Shown here: positions 24,098-36,425 of the stretch, one piece after another
How the letters are laid out: each line of letters begins with the position of its first letter
Numbering within the stretch: position 1 is the first letter of the stretch
The notes under the pieces: generated by a model
Seen by the model: the letters and a program-made list of their open reading frames with translations, nothing else
Database searches by the model: none
Told to the model about the DNA's origin: nothing
DNA from: Macrostomum lignano
Taxonomy: Eukaryota
Assembly: GCA_002269645.1 (NCBI GenBank)
Contig: NIVC01001546.1
Span: 62,001-126,000, forward strand
Length of the DNA: 64,000 bases
Direction: 5' to 3'
Position numbers and translations under genes: made by a program

Positions 24098-24960
24098 TTA
24101 GGCTCGAAAGGATTGGTCTGTTCGAAATGCTGCATTGGTCTCATCTAGAATAACATATTTTTCAAAAAAGCCATGAACTATGCACCTTTCACAAGAAGCA
24201 TAGCCACTATGTCCTCCTATACACTTAATAAAGGCACGAGCTGGTGCATCACAAACGAACATAATATTTACTTTTGACTCAATAATTAGCAAATCATTAA
24301 AAAGTTGCTTTAGGAAATTTTCAATTGGTGGTTTGCTAACTCCATGAAAGATAGCAATAATGAATGGCTCAGAGCCATCTAATGCTCCAAGAATAGGCCA
24401 AAATGCATCTTGAGTACTTTTTGAAATTAGGAGACCATCTATGTTAATTTGAAGCTGTAGCTTAGACGTTGACAACTCAAGGGTTTTACTAATACAATCA
24501 AGTCCAAAATATAGAAAACTACCGGATCCCATTGGTTCAACCTTGATATTACGAGGAATTTGCAAGAGTGTTATAGCACACCGTGGAAGAAAAGTAAAGT
24601 AGCAAACAAGGATCTTTAAAAGAGCAGTTATTGCTGTTAGTGTAATGTTGTAAGCCTTTGCCCAATCTCGTAGCTGTTCAATTAAAGAAGCTCCACTTGC
24701 ACTAACTGAATCAACAGATGATTCATCAGATGATGATTCAAAGTCATCTAGATCAGTAGCAAACATTGAATCAACATCCATTGCTCTACATCATTCATTG
24801 TGAATGGCAGAAGTAGTTATAGAATGAACATGTTCACTAATGACATCCTAATTAGGTTCATCTTCGTCATCAACATCAGATGTTGAAGCTAACTCTTGAA
24901 GCAATTCATCAAACTTTATTTTTGCATGCCGTTGAGACGTTCTTTTGGATATAGTATATC
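24098..24960 (-). pseudogene. EnSpm/CACTA-like transposase, N-terminal half
   Basis: LRDWAKAYNITLTAITALLKIL, LQINIDGLLISKSTQDAFWPILG, FVCDAPARAFIKCIGGHSGYASCERC, RTDQSFR. Confidence 0.9.
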
Positions 24961-25519
24961 TATATCTTGACTAATGCTTTTAAATTTAGTTATATAAGAT
25001 CTGATTTTTAGTATAGGGGATGGATGCCAAAAGCAGAAATATAATCTAAATGTTCTAGAGCCTAATATATACGAGCTTTTACTTAAAAAAGAACAAAAAT
25101 TGTAAAATAGGCCAAGTATCAAAATCAGAGAAATTAGCTCGAATTGGCTTTAGAAGCGTTTTGTGTTTATACTAAAGGAAACAAAATCAAGTGCGCTCAA
25201 CAATTAAGTTGTGAAGCGGAGTGCATGTCTAGACCATGTTCCTGCAGTTCCGTCAAAGCAAAATACATTTCTTAACTTTAATAAATCTGTGTTACTGGAT
25301 TGCACAAAAAGGGTTGTATTATCTTTTGTGCTGCACAATTTCTTTTATTTCTCATTTATAAATGTATGAATACTTATTTTAATGCTGTGATGTTAACACG
25401 AAGTATTTTAAATTATTATTTATTTGGGTGTAGCTTCGGTGTAGTAAAGTGCTTTCAGTTTCTCGTCGGACATTTTTATTATTTACTTTTTATAACAAAT
25501 TAAAAAAGGACACGTTCCA

Positions 25520-25815
25520 AACCACGTTTAGATGCTCATGGTATATTAGAAAAACTCCCTCGCCCAAGTAAAGGTTGGAAAATCCCTGGTTATAGATACT
25601 GCGGATATCTGAACCCGCTGGAAATACAGTTGGATGAAAATAATAAGCCGAGAGAAGGACACGGACCAGTAGATGTGTTGGACTCTATCTGCATGGAACA
25701 TGACATAGGTTATAAATTTTATCCTGATTTGGGAATTTCTGATGGTAGAGTAAGTTTGGGGAGTAGAGAGCAGGGTTTTGTATTGCATGCACCAAATAAA
25801 GAAGTGGGAAGATAA
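25520..25815 (+). pseudogene. Parvovirus-type phospholipase A2 domain (adintovirus/Polinton PLA2X-like)
   Basis: DAHGILEKLPRPSKGWKIPGYRYCGYLNPLEIQL...PVDVLDSICMEHDIGY: Ca-loop YxG and catalytic HD..Y. Confidence 0.85.
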
Positions 25816-25929
25816 TTAAAAGAAATTGGGGTTAAAATACTTTGGTTTTTCTATTCTTTATCTATTTTGGGAGTTGGGTTAGGAGTTTTGATTAATAAAG
25901 TAAGAGGGAGCAATGAACTCGTTAGAAAA

Positions 25930-26460
25930 TCGTTTTAGTCGATCCTGTGGTATCGTTGGGAAGAAGAGTACGAAGTTACAGTTACCTCTAATTGTTTCTT
26001 TGGGCAACTCAAACCAGCTTTGGGCAATGTAACTAAAATTGCAATTGTTGTGCCTACCCCGGGTAAAATAATTTTTATCCGTTTCTGAGGACCGGTCATG
26101 CAGTCATCGTTTCATTGTCTGGGATGTGTTTTGCATATTCGGTAGTCACAAATTCTGGGTTGCTGTTGAGGTCTTTTTGCTGTTTAAAGCACTGAATAAT
26201 ATCTCCCTTGTTGAATTTGTTTTGCAATCCTGCTATTAGCATTTTATATTCATCCTGGTGCTGAGTGAGTGAATAAATATGTAGTGTGTCATAATCGAGG
26301 AATCCAGTCTGCGGAGCATGTTAAAGACTGAAGGTTTCCCCGACCCAGATGAGCCAACAACCACAACAATGCATTTGAAGTACCCTGGAATTAACTTGTT
26401 GTGGGCAAATTTTATCTAACTGCGTGTCCAATGAGGAAAGAAGTCACTTAAAAAGTCCAT
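25930..26460 (-). pseudogene. Polinton/adintovirus FtsK-like packaging ATPase, disrupted
   Basis: Walker A VVGSSGSGK, GFLDYDTLHIYSLTQHQDEY, YFTRGRHNNCNFSYIAQSWFELPKETIRGNCNFVLF; stops and frameshifts; Walker B segment missing. Confidence 0.88.
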
Positions 26461-27000
26461 TTTTATTTCATTATTTATTTTAATGAGCGGGTGTGTATTG
26501 GGGATTTGTCTCTTATTTCTTATATTTTTTCTCTTTTATATTATCTCTTTTCCGTTGGCAAACGATCAGCCGTTCATTCCCTCCTTCAGAATCTGGAGGA
26601 GTCTTGAATTTGTCAGTTTGGCGTCTTCAGATGGCGGGTGGCCCAGAGACGTCACGTTAATTTTTTGTCTCGTGCTGCTCGGGTTTGATTAGTAGAAGAA
26701 CTTCGATTAGTGTCTTTGTGTTGGAAAAAATGGTAAACCTACCTGAGATTCTATTGACCTGCTACCGTACCTGAGATCCTGATGGGTAGCCAATATCCTT
26801 CTGAAATCCTTAATGGAAGTCACCCTCCGTGAGATGCTAATAGTGAAGTACTACTCCTTCTCGGGTTCTTGAAGATGTTCCTAGAAATAGAACCCGCTGC
26901 TCCTGAAGTAGCTAGATAGCACCGCTGTACTACCTATCGATTTGCCTGAAAATGAACCTAAAACGTTAGCCGTGACTTGGTAGGGTTGCTGCCACCTTGG

Positions 27001-27766
27001 TGTGCATACTCGACGCGTCGGCAGAGTTGTCTATCCGTCACCTGAAAGAAAAATAACAAAGTCGCTCGGAGCAAAGGCAAATCTAAAAATGTCTCGACAG
27101 TCGATCGTCTTAGTAGAATGCTGCTCGAACCTGAAAACCTGCAAAACCTGAAATGAGAGAGGAGAGCTCGGAGGCAGAGAGGCAGCTCCGGTCGAGCCCG
27201 GGCAGGACGACGCAATGGTCCGCGCTGCTCCACGAAGTCTGGAGAAAATGGCTCGCAGATGCTCTGTATTTATAGCCGAGCGGACCCCCAAAAGTCACGT
27301 GAGTTTCATGCGGTGAGCGCGTGAAACTTCCTTATTTGGTCACTAAAATCGTGCGAGCGACGCGTGATTCAAGGCCAACTTCCAAATAAGGCAACCCGGT
27401 CACGCGTCAGTGGCGTGACTTAAGGTCAGTGGCCACGCACAGTGTGCGTGCAGTCACGTGCTTTTCTGTGCTAAAAATAGAACTTGGGCGGATGAGTCAT
27501 CCTGTTTACTCCCTCTAGGCAGCCATTACACTCCGCGCAGGTGATGAGTCATCCTACTACGCCTCGCAGCGCGAGTGGGAAGACATTGAGTGTGGCTGCC
27601 CACGCCTGCTCAGGCGATTAGTCATCGGGCAGTAAACACTTAGGCCCAGCACAGGGTAACTCTCTCTTTAGATCAGGTGGACTGAGCCACTGTGCAGCGG
27701 ATCACAGCGCTCTTAGGAAAAGCTAGTGAAAGCTGCTGAATAGCTAGTTAGCAGCCAGTCACTACA
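27001..27766 (-). mobile_element. LTR-like element with bZIP-site enhancer and TATA box
   Basis: Minus strand starts TGTAGTGAC; CTATAAATAC at 27266-27275; candidate end GTATGCACA at 27001; 27289-27766 duplicated at 15748-16228; no TSD confirmed. Confidence 0.5.
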
Positions 27767-28269
27767 ATAGGTTGAGCTGCCTAACTATACTATACTATCA
27801 GCCAATTTGAAGCTAACTCATAAGAACATGCATTGAAAAGAGACAAGTTTGACAAGGCCTAAAATACAACAAAGAAAAAAAACAAAACCGATCTAACCGG
27901 CATAACAAAAAATCACTGCGCATTGATCGAAACCGAAATGTCACGTCACGGTAATGACCTCTGCTTAATGGCCTATTATTAACTGAAAGTCCTGTTTTGA
28001 CTATAGAACGCGCACAAATGGAAATTTGGCCATTAACTTTAATTTTCATTAAGTTCACTACTGCACAGACAATTGCTGTTAAAATTTCAAAATTTAGGGC
28101 AATGCAATAAAAATTCCAATAATTAATAAATTATAATAAAAAGTTCAGCAAAGTTACATTTCTGAATAGATAGTCTGTAATCAAATACGTGAAATCAACC
28201 GTAAAGCCTTTGAATTTCCTTAAGTCAAGTTTTTGCATGCACTGTCTCCTTAAAATTCCAAATAAATGA

Positions 28270-29727
28270 CAACCCGTTCTTTGGCACTTACAGCGCCATT
28301 AGAACAGTTTCGATCACTCGTCAGACGCTTGGCTCAATCTTTCACAGAGTCGACCGCTTTGCCAGTAAATAGTAGATCCTGAAGGATCGGTTGAACAGCA
28401 GAACTGGCTCCGACACCACGAGAAGAGCTCGAGTTTTGTAGAGTTAAGACCAGCAGGTAGACATCGCTCAGTTTTAACGATAGGACGCCGATGGAACTAT
28501 GCATCGAGCGTTGGACGTCTGAAAGTAATTCAACAAACGTACTTCTATTTATCGAACGTACTGGGGCTTCAGTAAAGAAATCACGATATATCTAGATTCT
28601 AGTGGCTTAAATCGATTGCGAGTATCGATAAAATATAATAAAGGCCATAATTAATAAACCCTTTAAGGAAATTCACTTCCTCTAGATGTAAGCATATACA
28701 TGACCGTCCAATTTTACTTTAGTACTCCAAATATGGACCGGGAAAAATTCACAATTTATATGTTTTCAAGTCATGTCTTTGACTTACTTTCAAGGCGTGT
28801 CAAAGTTGTGACGATTGTCTCTAGTGTGTCCTTAAAATCTGCGTTGGAATAGCGCACCGAAGAGGACCAGGCGGTTGCAGAATGCTGCGCCAACGGAGAA
28901 GCAGCCGCAGCGGCGGCGGCGGGAGCGAAACTGCGTGGCAGTAGGCTCTGGTTGCTGCATTGAAGCGAAGGATAAGCTGCGGCGGCAGCGGGAGCGAAAT
29001 TTTGCGTCGGCTGGAGACAATTAGGATTAGGAGACAACGCCAATACTGAACTACTTGTGCTGTTAATCGACAGAGGCTGCTGAAATTGCTGCTGCTGGAC
29101 TTAAAACCTAGGCGGTGCTTCAGATGCATTCTTTGCAACTTTGTTTTTTTCTGCTTCCTATTAGCCTTCTTCCGCACCCTTGGTTTTGAATCATAACTTT
29201 CTTGGTGAAAATTAATCACATCTCGACGCTTTCGAGGATTTTCACTATCCGTGGAATTGACAGCTCCCCCACTTTTCATATCGCTTGCTCGCAGTGGCAG
29301 CAGAGTGATAATTTTCTGCATGGAAAGAAATTAAAGCGGAAAAGTGAATCTTAAATAGTTGTGAAAAGAACGTTGACATTTTAAAAACCATTTTCTTTTG
29401 CCTGAACACACTGTAAGCAATTTTCTCGGAGTTTGCCTGAACTATGCCTGCATGATTGTGTGCAGAAATATTTTGCACCAAAATTGAGCAGTTTAGCTCG
29501 CCTTTGAATGTAATAATACAGCCTTCATATGCTGGCCAACTGTCATCGGGTGGTGACTTCTCCGGATTCGCAATGCAGATTTTGAACTTCTTTACTGGGG
29601 GAAACAGAGCAGTACTCTCGCTCTGCATCCATAAGCGGTGGATGACTTCAACTACATTGGTGTCAACAAAACGAACTGCAACGAATGGGCTCAGATTGCT
29701 GGTCATATCCATGTTTTTAATGCTCAA
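28270..29727 (-). pseudogene. Multi-exon EnSpm-associated accessory gene (DUF4806-like family)
   Basis: N-terminus FVAVRFVDTNVVEVIHRLWMQSESTALFPPVKK...PPDDSWPAYEGCI fits the F.VV.F.....V..V...W......WPP...W..Y pattern; then an AVNSTDSENPRKRR exon and low-complexity exons with GT donors. Confidence 0.55.
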
Positions 29728-30499
29728 CGAGGTCTGCTGAAAAGATAATGATTGCAGCTTTTGCTTTAAAAAGTTTTTTTATAATAATTTAATACTCAAT
29801 GCAATATAGTCTACCCAGCGCAGATCAGTGAGTGAGCCACTTAGTTTTCCAACTTGGAAGATATTGAGAGATATTGAATCGATTGTCTCATTATAGAGGG
29901 CTGTCTGAGTTGTAAACCTGCGTCAAAAAACACTTCCAACATCAGTAGACAAGACATAGGACACAGAAATAGCAAGACCCTCACGGGTTAAATATAACAA
30001 TCTGGGCTATCAATGGAAATAAAAGTGTTCCGTAAGAGAATATGAACTTTTCTGTACATACCAAAAACGTGAATTCCAGGTGGCAGAAATTCTATATCTG
30101 ATAATACAAATTGGTCTGAAAACTCAAATGGTGACTGAGCAGAAGCTAGATATTTAGGGAAAAAGCCGAGAGTCACATCTCTCAGATATTTTCTTGACTG
30201 TTTGCTCAAGTGCAAAGCGAGGACTTCGGCAAAATTGAGTGATAAAGCGAATAAAATTTTCACCCCAAAAGCAACTAGAACTGTCTAATGCGCCCCGACG
30301 CTGCATTTCAAAAGGGATATGAATGATTGAATGTATGGTATACACAATAAACTCTTGTCACCCCAAATAAGTTTACACTCTTCAACAATGTGAGCAGCCA
30401 AAGTTTCAGCATATGCACAACATGCTTGATGCTGAATAAGTGTGACAAAATAAAAACAAAAGTATGTAATTATAGGAAAAGGTTATACGAAGAATCTGG

Positions 30500-31430
30500 G
30501 ACATTTCCTAGAATGTGGATGATGCAAATGAGTGGCAGCAAGTATTGCCTGGGCAGGACCAGCTGCAGGCGTCTCTGGTGGCGACTCTGGCGCCTGTGTG
30601 GCCACTGCTGTGGCGATTAAATGGATGCAGTAAAAGGGACTGATTATATTATTGATTCGTGCTAATGATTTATGTATGAGTGAGTGAACTATTGAATGAA
30701 GAGTTTGATTGGATTCCCGAGCGAGTGAATATTAACTCACCGACATCCTCATCCGGCATTGGCACCAGCTGCGCACGGGTTGAAGCCGGTTGCAGAGGCT
30801 GTAGAAGCCTCTGTGCCGGTAGAGAGAGACGAGACTCGTCAAGACCGTGGTCCGTAGGATGTCCATTCAGGAAGGTGTCAGTGTTGGGCTCCGTCTCCGT
30901 CCTATAGACCTGTAGATTAGAGATTTTGATTGAGTGTTCTGCTTGATTAATGACTCTTTGATTTCAATAAACTGTACTGATCAACAACATTTGTGGGGCG
31001 CTTTAAAAATGAAGGCTAAAGCGCGCAACTTACTCTGGCTTGATATTCTCGCCGTCTCGTGGCTGAAGAACTTCGAAGATCTGCGTCATCTTGAGTCCCT
31101 TCCGTATAAGCCAGCGCAGATACAGGATGCTGGCTTTCGTATAGGCATCCTCGCCGTCTTCACTTTCCAGAGATACGGCTCTTACCTCCATGCGGGATAA
31201 GATTTGTGTGTGGGACAGTGTCAACTAATCAAGCAAGGCAGTCATTGTATTAATTAAAATCCTCTTTAATGTGAAAATTGCATCACTTTATTTAGGAACT
31301 TCTTGAAGTAAAAAGTGTAGCACTAAATAAGAACAGCTAGTATAAATCTCAATAACAACCGCGAGCTAATCTAATCTCATTCCACGTTTTAGGCCTACTC
31401 AGTAGTCAGTACTCACCTGAACGAGATATG
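30500..31430 (-). pseudogene. Spliced low-complexity ORF remnants divergent from the transposase at 31995
   Basis: GT donors near 30695, 31030 and 31415; LAYTEGTQDDADLRSSSATRRR-type segment; weak similarity to the accessory family. Confidence 0.3.
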
Positions 31431-31994
31431 CCGGAAACTCCTCCTCCTCGTACCGAGCTTGGCAGACCCATCGTTCCGTTGTGTCGCTGTTCTAACCATT
31501 CTAACCATTTTTGACCTAGAAAGGTCTTGCAACTCAATTGGGGGGGGGGTGTTAAGCTTTCGATGGGAATTTCGAGAACTTTACGGTTATATTAAAAAAC
31601 TACAATAAACGTCACTGCTACATCAACAGTCATGGAGCGAGCTGAGCTAGTAAAGTGAAGCTTAGAAGAAGTGATAAGTGGAGTTTTGATGTAGAGGCAG
31701 AAAAGTTTAGAGTAGTGTTTGTATAGAAGCTTCGAGGCGGGATCCGGTGAAGCTCTTTCCAATTATTTATCCTACTGGCTGGATTTGTATGCCACCTATG
31801 TGCTCCCTACCAGCCTTCTTCCCCATTCCTTTCATTTCTCACCCCAAACAACCCGCGCAAACCCGCTCTCGCTCCCCTCCCCACCCCACTCCCCACTCCC
31901 CCACGTTCAAGTTCCAACTTCAGAAAAATACCCGTAGCTTAGAAAAACACAAATCCCCCAAAACATCAGTCTTAATCTTCTTTTAGGTACAAAC

Positions 31995-33260
31995 ATGTCG
32001 TGGACCGTCAGGCGGAAGATGAATAGGTTCCTCTAAGAGATTCTCGACGAAGAGCCGCAAGCGAAAAACTGATGAGGAGAGAATGCTGAAGAAGTCCGAA
32101 GAAGAAACAGAAGAGACGCTGCATGTCGACGAACCCATGGGTGCAGAGGACGCCTGCATTGACGAGTTGAGGTCACCATCCGTGAGTGAAAGTAAAGAAG
32201 ATGGGGATGAAGATGAAGACAAGTGAAGTTTTGAGGAAAAGCTGGAAGCTCTTCTCATTCTCTTCTTCATTGTCTACAAGGTCCCGCGTGACGGAGTTAA
32301 ACTTCTCCTTGAAGGGCTACGTAAGCTTGGAGTGTAAGCACCGCGGTCAAAGTACATGATCGACAAAATTTCGAAGGGCGAGAAGTCCAAAGTTGATATT
32401 TCGCTTGAGCCGATGGGTGATGGTCAGTTTCGGTACTTCTCGATTTGCGAGAATCTTCAATTGCTGCTCAAGAAAGGATTATTAAAGCTGAAGAAGACGG
32501 ATGGTTTTTATTCCATCATGGAGTCCCAAGGTTTACAGCTTCAATGCACTTGTAAATGCAGATAGACTTCCGCTTTTCAAATCTTCTCAAATTGGTCTAT
32601 GGCCCATCCTGATGATGATCCCTGACGCATTTCCAAGACCATTTCCTATTGGTGTCTATGCCAGCAAAGGCAAGCCGCCTCTTCGAGATTACCTTCGTGA
32701 CTTCTGCAATGAAGCAACAAAAATTATCACTGGACCAGTGCGAATTAGTGAATCTCTGGAGATTATGCTTTCAACAATAAGATTCGTTTGTGATACTCTG
32801 GCCAGAACGTACATGTGTGGCATTCAAGGACACACCGCGTATGATGGGTGTGGCTATTGCAGAGCTCTTGGCGTTTATTTGAATAATAGAATGACTTTCT
32901 CTACGGTGGTGGGCGACAGCAGATGCGGGAAATTGTACATTATGGAATCGAATCAGCGGCGGAAAATGGAATAATAACCATGTCTCCTTTGTTGCAACTG
33001 CCTAATGTTGACTTCGTTAAGTCTTTTCCTCTTGAATTTCAACACGCAGTGTGCCTCGGAGCTATAAGAAAATTTTTCTTCTACTACTTTGACCCTGAAG
33101 GTGGCCGTAAAGTCAAGAAAGATCAAGTCTCGCAATTGTCCGACAGAATTGCTGCTTTGACGAGGTTTACGACCGCTTGTTTTCAAAGGAGACCTCGAAG
33201 ACTTTCTTATTTAAAGTTTTTCAAGGCCAGTGAGTACCGACAGTTTAATCCCCGCTTTGG
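31995..33260 (+). pseudogene. EnSpm/CACTA-like transposase, 3'-truncated
   Basis: Acidic N-terminus; VNADRLPLFKSSQIGLWPILM, FVCDTLARTYMCGIQGHTAYDGCGYC, FPLEFQHAVCLG, FQRRPRRL...FKASEYRQF. Confidence 0.9.
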
Positions 33261-33699
33261 CCCGGCCAGCTGCCTATCTCCTCTGTGTATTTTCATTTCT
33301 TGGACTCCAAGAAATAATTGTCTATGGCTAAAAAACATTCTTTCAAATGAGTTGAGACTCCCATCAGGCGTTTCTTGGACACCAAGAAATAATTGTCTAT
33401 GGTAGAAACACACAGATGCTGTTATACTTTTGAAACAAGACCGGTTTCACAACACTGAATAGCAACAAATGGGGATCGAAAGTGAAAAATCTAACAACGA
33501 ACAGTTATAAGCAGTCTTGTATCAGAGGGTGTCAGAGGGAGTCAGCGAAGGAGGGAGGATGAAACTAATCAAAGTGGAACACCACTCTGTTGCTGTCTCC
33601 AAAAGCCTCTATGCGCATTTTCTTCGTAGGAGCCTGCACCTCCAGAGGAGGCAATGGCACTTGCACCTGCGCCGCAGTCACCCGAGACTCACTCACCGG

Positions 33700-34460
33700 T
33701 TGGCCGGTTGAGGAACCACTCAACAGTGCACTCGTGCGTTTCTCCATGGTCACCGAGGTACCGATGTACTTCTCCCAGTCACACGGCAGATATCCGCCCG
33801 TTCCATACCAGCCTCGCGGAGGCGGGTTGCGCAACTCTTACGGAGACTCTGATTCGAGTAGCGTCCAGTGTCAGAGAAAGCAACCACGGCCACGGCGTCC
33901 TTGACGACGGTTGCCAATGAATGACGTCCAATCGGTGCCCTTGTCAACCAGGCAGATCCAGGCTGGCCATTCCAGTTTCGATTCCATCCCAGAAACAGCG
34001 CCTCGTTGCACTCATTAAGACGCACAGAGACGTACTGCTTGTAGACGCACACAATACATTTTTGGTGATTCTCAGTGTGGAAAGCACGAACGACTTTGGC
34101 GTCCCTTCGTAGTCCTTGTAAGCCGCCCTGATGAGTTTTGGTCACGGCATCGTCCACATACTTCAGACACTCTTCATCGTCAACCGTCTCAAGCTTGATT
34201 TGGCGATCGAACAGCAGATCTCGTAACTCCTGGCCACCACGCAATGCAAAGTGTTTGCCAGCGAGCCAAACAAGCGTGATCACCAGCATCTTGGGTTCCT
34301 TCACTCCAAGCACACCTTCGATCCAAAGCTTCTCTTCAATAGACTCGTGGATCACATCTGCCTTCCGCGGTTAAGCGAGAGGTTGCCAAACGGAGGCACG
34401 AGAGGCCCGTACTTATAGGATAGCGGATCGATTTCACCATACCGTGCAACTCCCCATTGC
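33700..34460 (-). pseudogene. Crypton-type tyrosine recombinase (DUF3504/ZMYM-like)
   Basis: RKADVIHESIEEKLWIEGVLG, FALRGGQELRDL, CIVCVYKQYVS, PIGRHSLATVVK, YSNQSLRKSCATRL, RVTGRS; both catalytic His positions altered. Confidence 0.9.
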
Positions 34461-35121
34461 GCCAGAGTACGCAAGGCCGCTCTCACTGCGCCCCCTCAAC
34501 CTGGCGTGATTCAGTTCTATTTTTAGAAAAAAGCGCGGAGCCCCGCCAGAGAGGCAAGGACACTGTTCCTTATTTAGAGACTGACACACGAGATTGCACA
34601 AGGCAGCGCAAGAAAAGGACAGAGCGCTTGGGGCACGTGATCCGCTACCGTACAAGCCGGACCGAGAGTACAGCCTGAGCGCTGAACTCGGAATAAACGA
34701 CGCAGCCACACAAGAAAAGGGGGAGAGAGGCCAGACAGACAATGAACCAAGAGCAGGCTGAGCGGAGAAGCTCAGACACTGGGAAGACGGAGGAACCGGA
34801 AAGAGAGGGCAAGGAAGGAAATACAGGCAGCCAAAAGGACAGACGGGCCAAGGAAAAGGAGGGAGAGGAAGGGGGAGAGGGAAAGGGAGAGGGAGAGGGA
34901 GAGCTGCGACCAGCGGCAGTCAACAGCTCAAAGGGCGCAGGGAACTGCTGACAAAAGTGGGACACCTAACACTAAACTAGTGCTCACTTCACTATGAAAT
35001 TCTTATTTAATACAGATGCTCGTATACGGTAGATACTAAAATGAAAAATATTACGTGTTATGTATATATCAGATAGTCTTTCACTCACTCTTCCTTGGGC
35101 TACCGACCCCACAGTCACGTG

Positions 35122-35523
35122 CTACTCGCGACGATCCTCGTCCTCGTCTACTTCTTTCTTCTCTTCTTTTTCCTGGCTGCGAGGTCGTTTAGCAGGTGGC
35201 TTCAAGTCGTTCTCGACGTTGACAAACAACATTTTCTCCTGCTCCTGCACCAGGGCTTCCAGTTGGTCACATTCCTTCTTCTTGCGCTCTAGCTTGGCCT
35301 CTGTTTTGGCCAGTCGCTTCTTGTAGTCGTCCAGTTCTTGCTGTTGCTCTGCTACGACTTCAGCGAGTGATGCCTTGCTCTTTGCTTCATGCAGGGACGT
35401 CTCGTGCTCCTCCCGTATCATTTCCGACGTCAATTTAAAAAATGTATTTAAGTGCTGCTCTATGGCTCTCTTCTGCTTCTCAAACTTTTCTAGGTTGCTG
35501 TCGGATTGTGTTTGATGAGCCAT
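35122..35523 (-). CDS. Intact 133-aa coiled-coil ORF with basic NLS-like motif, function unknown
   Basis: ATG to stop open; heptad-rich EQQQELDDYKKRLAKTEAKLERKKKECDQLEALVQEQE; PPAKRPR; codon-like GC content. Confidence 0.5.
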   Translation of the reverse strand: MAHQTQSDSNLEKFEKQKRAIEQHLNTFFKLTSEMIREEHETSLHEAKSKASLAEVVAEQQQELDDYKKRLAKTEAKLERKKKECDQLEALVQEQEKMLFVNVENDLKPPAKRPRSQEKEEKKEVDEDEDRRE

Positions 35524-35779
35524 ATTAATCGGAAAAATGGAACTCTGGAATGAATGGAATGGAACCAGTTCTTGGAGCTATCTCTGGAAATAGAAGTTTT
35601 TTAGTAAGATATGCATAAATCGAAGCCATATTAACTGCAAGTTCCTACTTTTCCTGTCTGCTAAAATCAATGCACAATGGCGTATATTTGACCACGCCTG
35701 CGGGCATACAGCAGTTCATTAGTTGAATTTTAAAAACTTAGAAACTCAAGAACTCACTATAGAAAGAAATAAAGACAAA

Positions 35780-36425
35780 GACTTCATTGGCGGGTGCGCA
35801 GGATACTCTCGAAAAGTGAGACGCCGATGTCGACAATTCCAGACAAACTTGCATAATCTAGAATGCTGTGTACCCTTAAAATTTTTACTGACAAAGGTAT
35901 GACCTATGACCTAGTCATAGCTGTATTATTCCCTCTCAATCAGTTGGAATCCTGCGCACCCTGAGTAACATGAGGTGTTTTATTTATAAATTAGAAAACT
36001 AAATTAGATTACACAGTGCACAGCAGGGAAACAGGGCAGTTAAAATAATTACCGAACAAAATGGAGGAGAAAAAAGTCTTCCTTGTAAGTTTCAAAGCAG
36101 GTTGTGGATTTTTTTAAATACCGTGGCTTTCCATTAACTCTTCCCAAATAAAGGACAGCTTTTTCCAGGCAAATAGTTGTAAGTCTCAGTAACAAAACTA
36201 AGATTTCTTTTAATTCAAGTGATTTAATTTAAAAAGACATCATTGGGGGTGCGCAGGAAACGACCAAATTAAAGGGATATAGTGCAAGGACAGCTCTTTA
36301 GCTAAGTAGATGTTAATTTGAAACTCATGTGCATTTTTTTATCTTTCCATTGCTTATACTTGTTACCTAATAGCCTATGAATCGACCGGCTCGTTTGTAT
36401 TCTGAATCCTGCGCACCCCGAGTAC
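35780..36425. repeat. Two inverted-repeat pairs GGGTGCGCAGGA...TCCTGCGCACCC
   Basis: Arms at 35792-35803/35950-35961 (146-bp spacer) and 36247-36258/36407-36418 (148-bp spacer). Confidence 0.9.

Noticed and set aside
15748-27766. Two same-orientation LTR-like copies read as one provirus
   Set aside because: No gag/pol between them, one copy is truncated, and no shared TSD.
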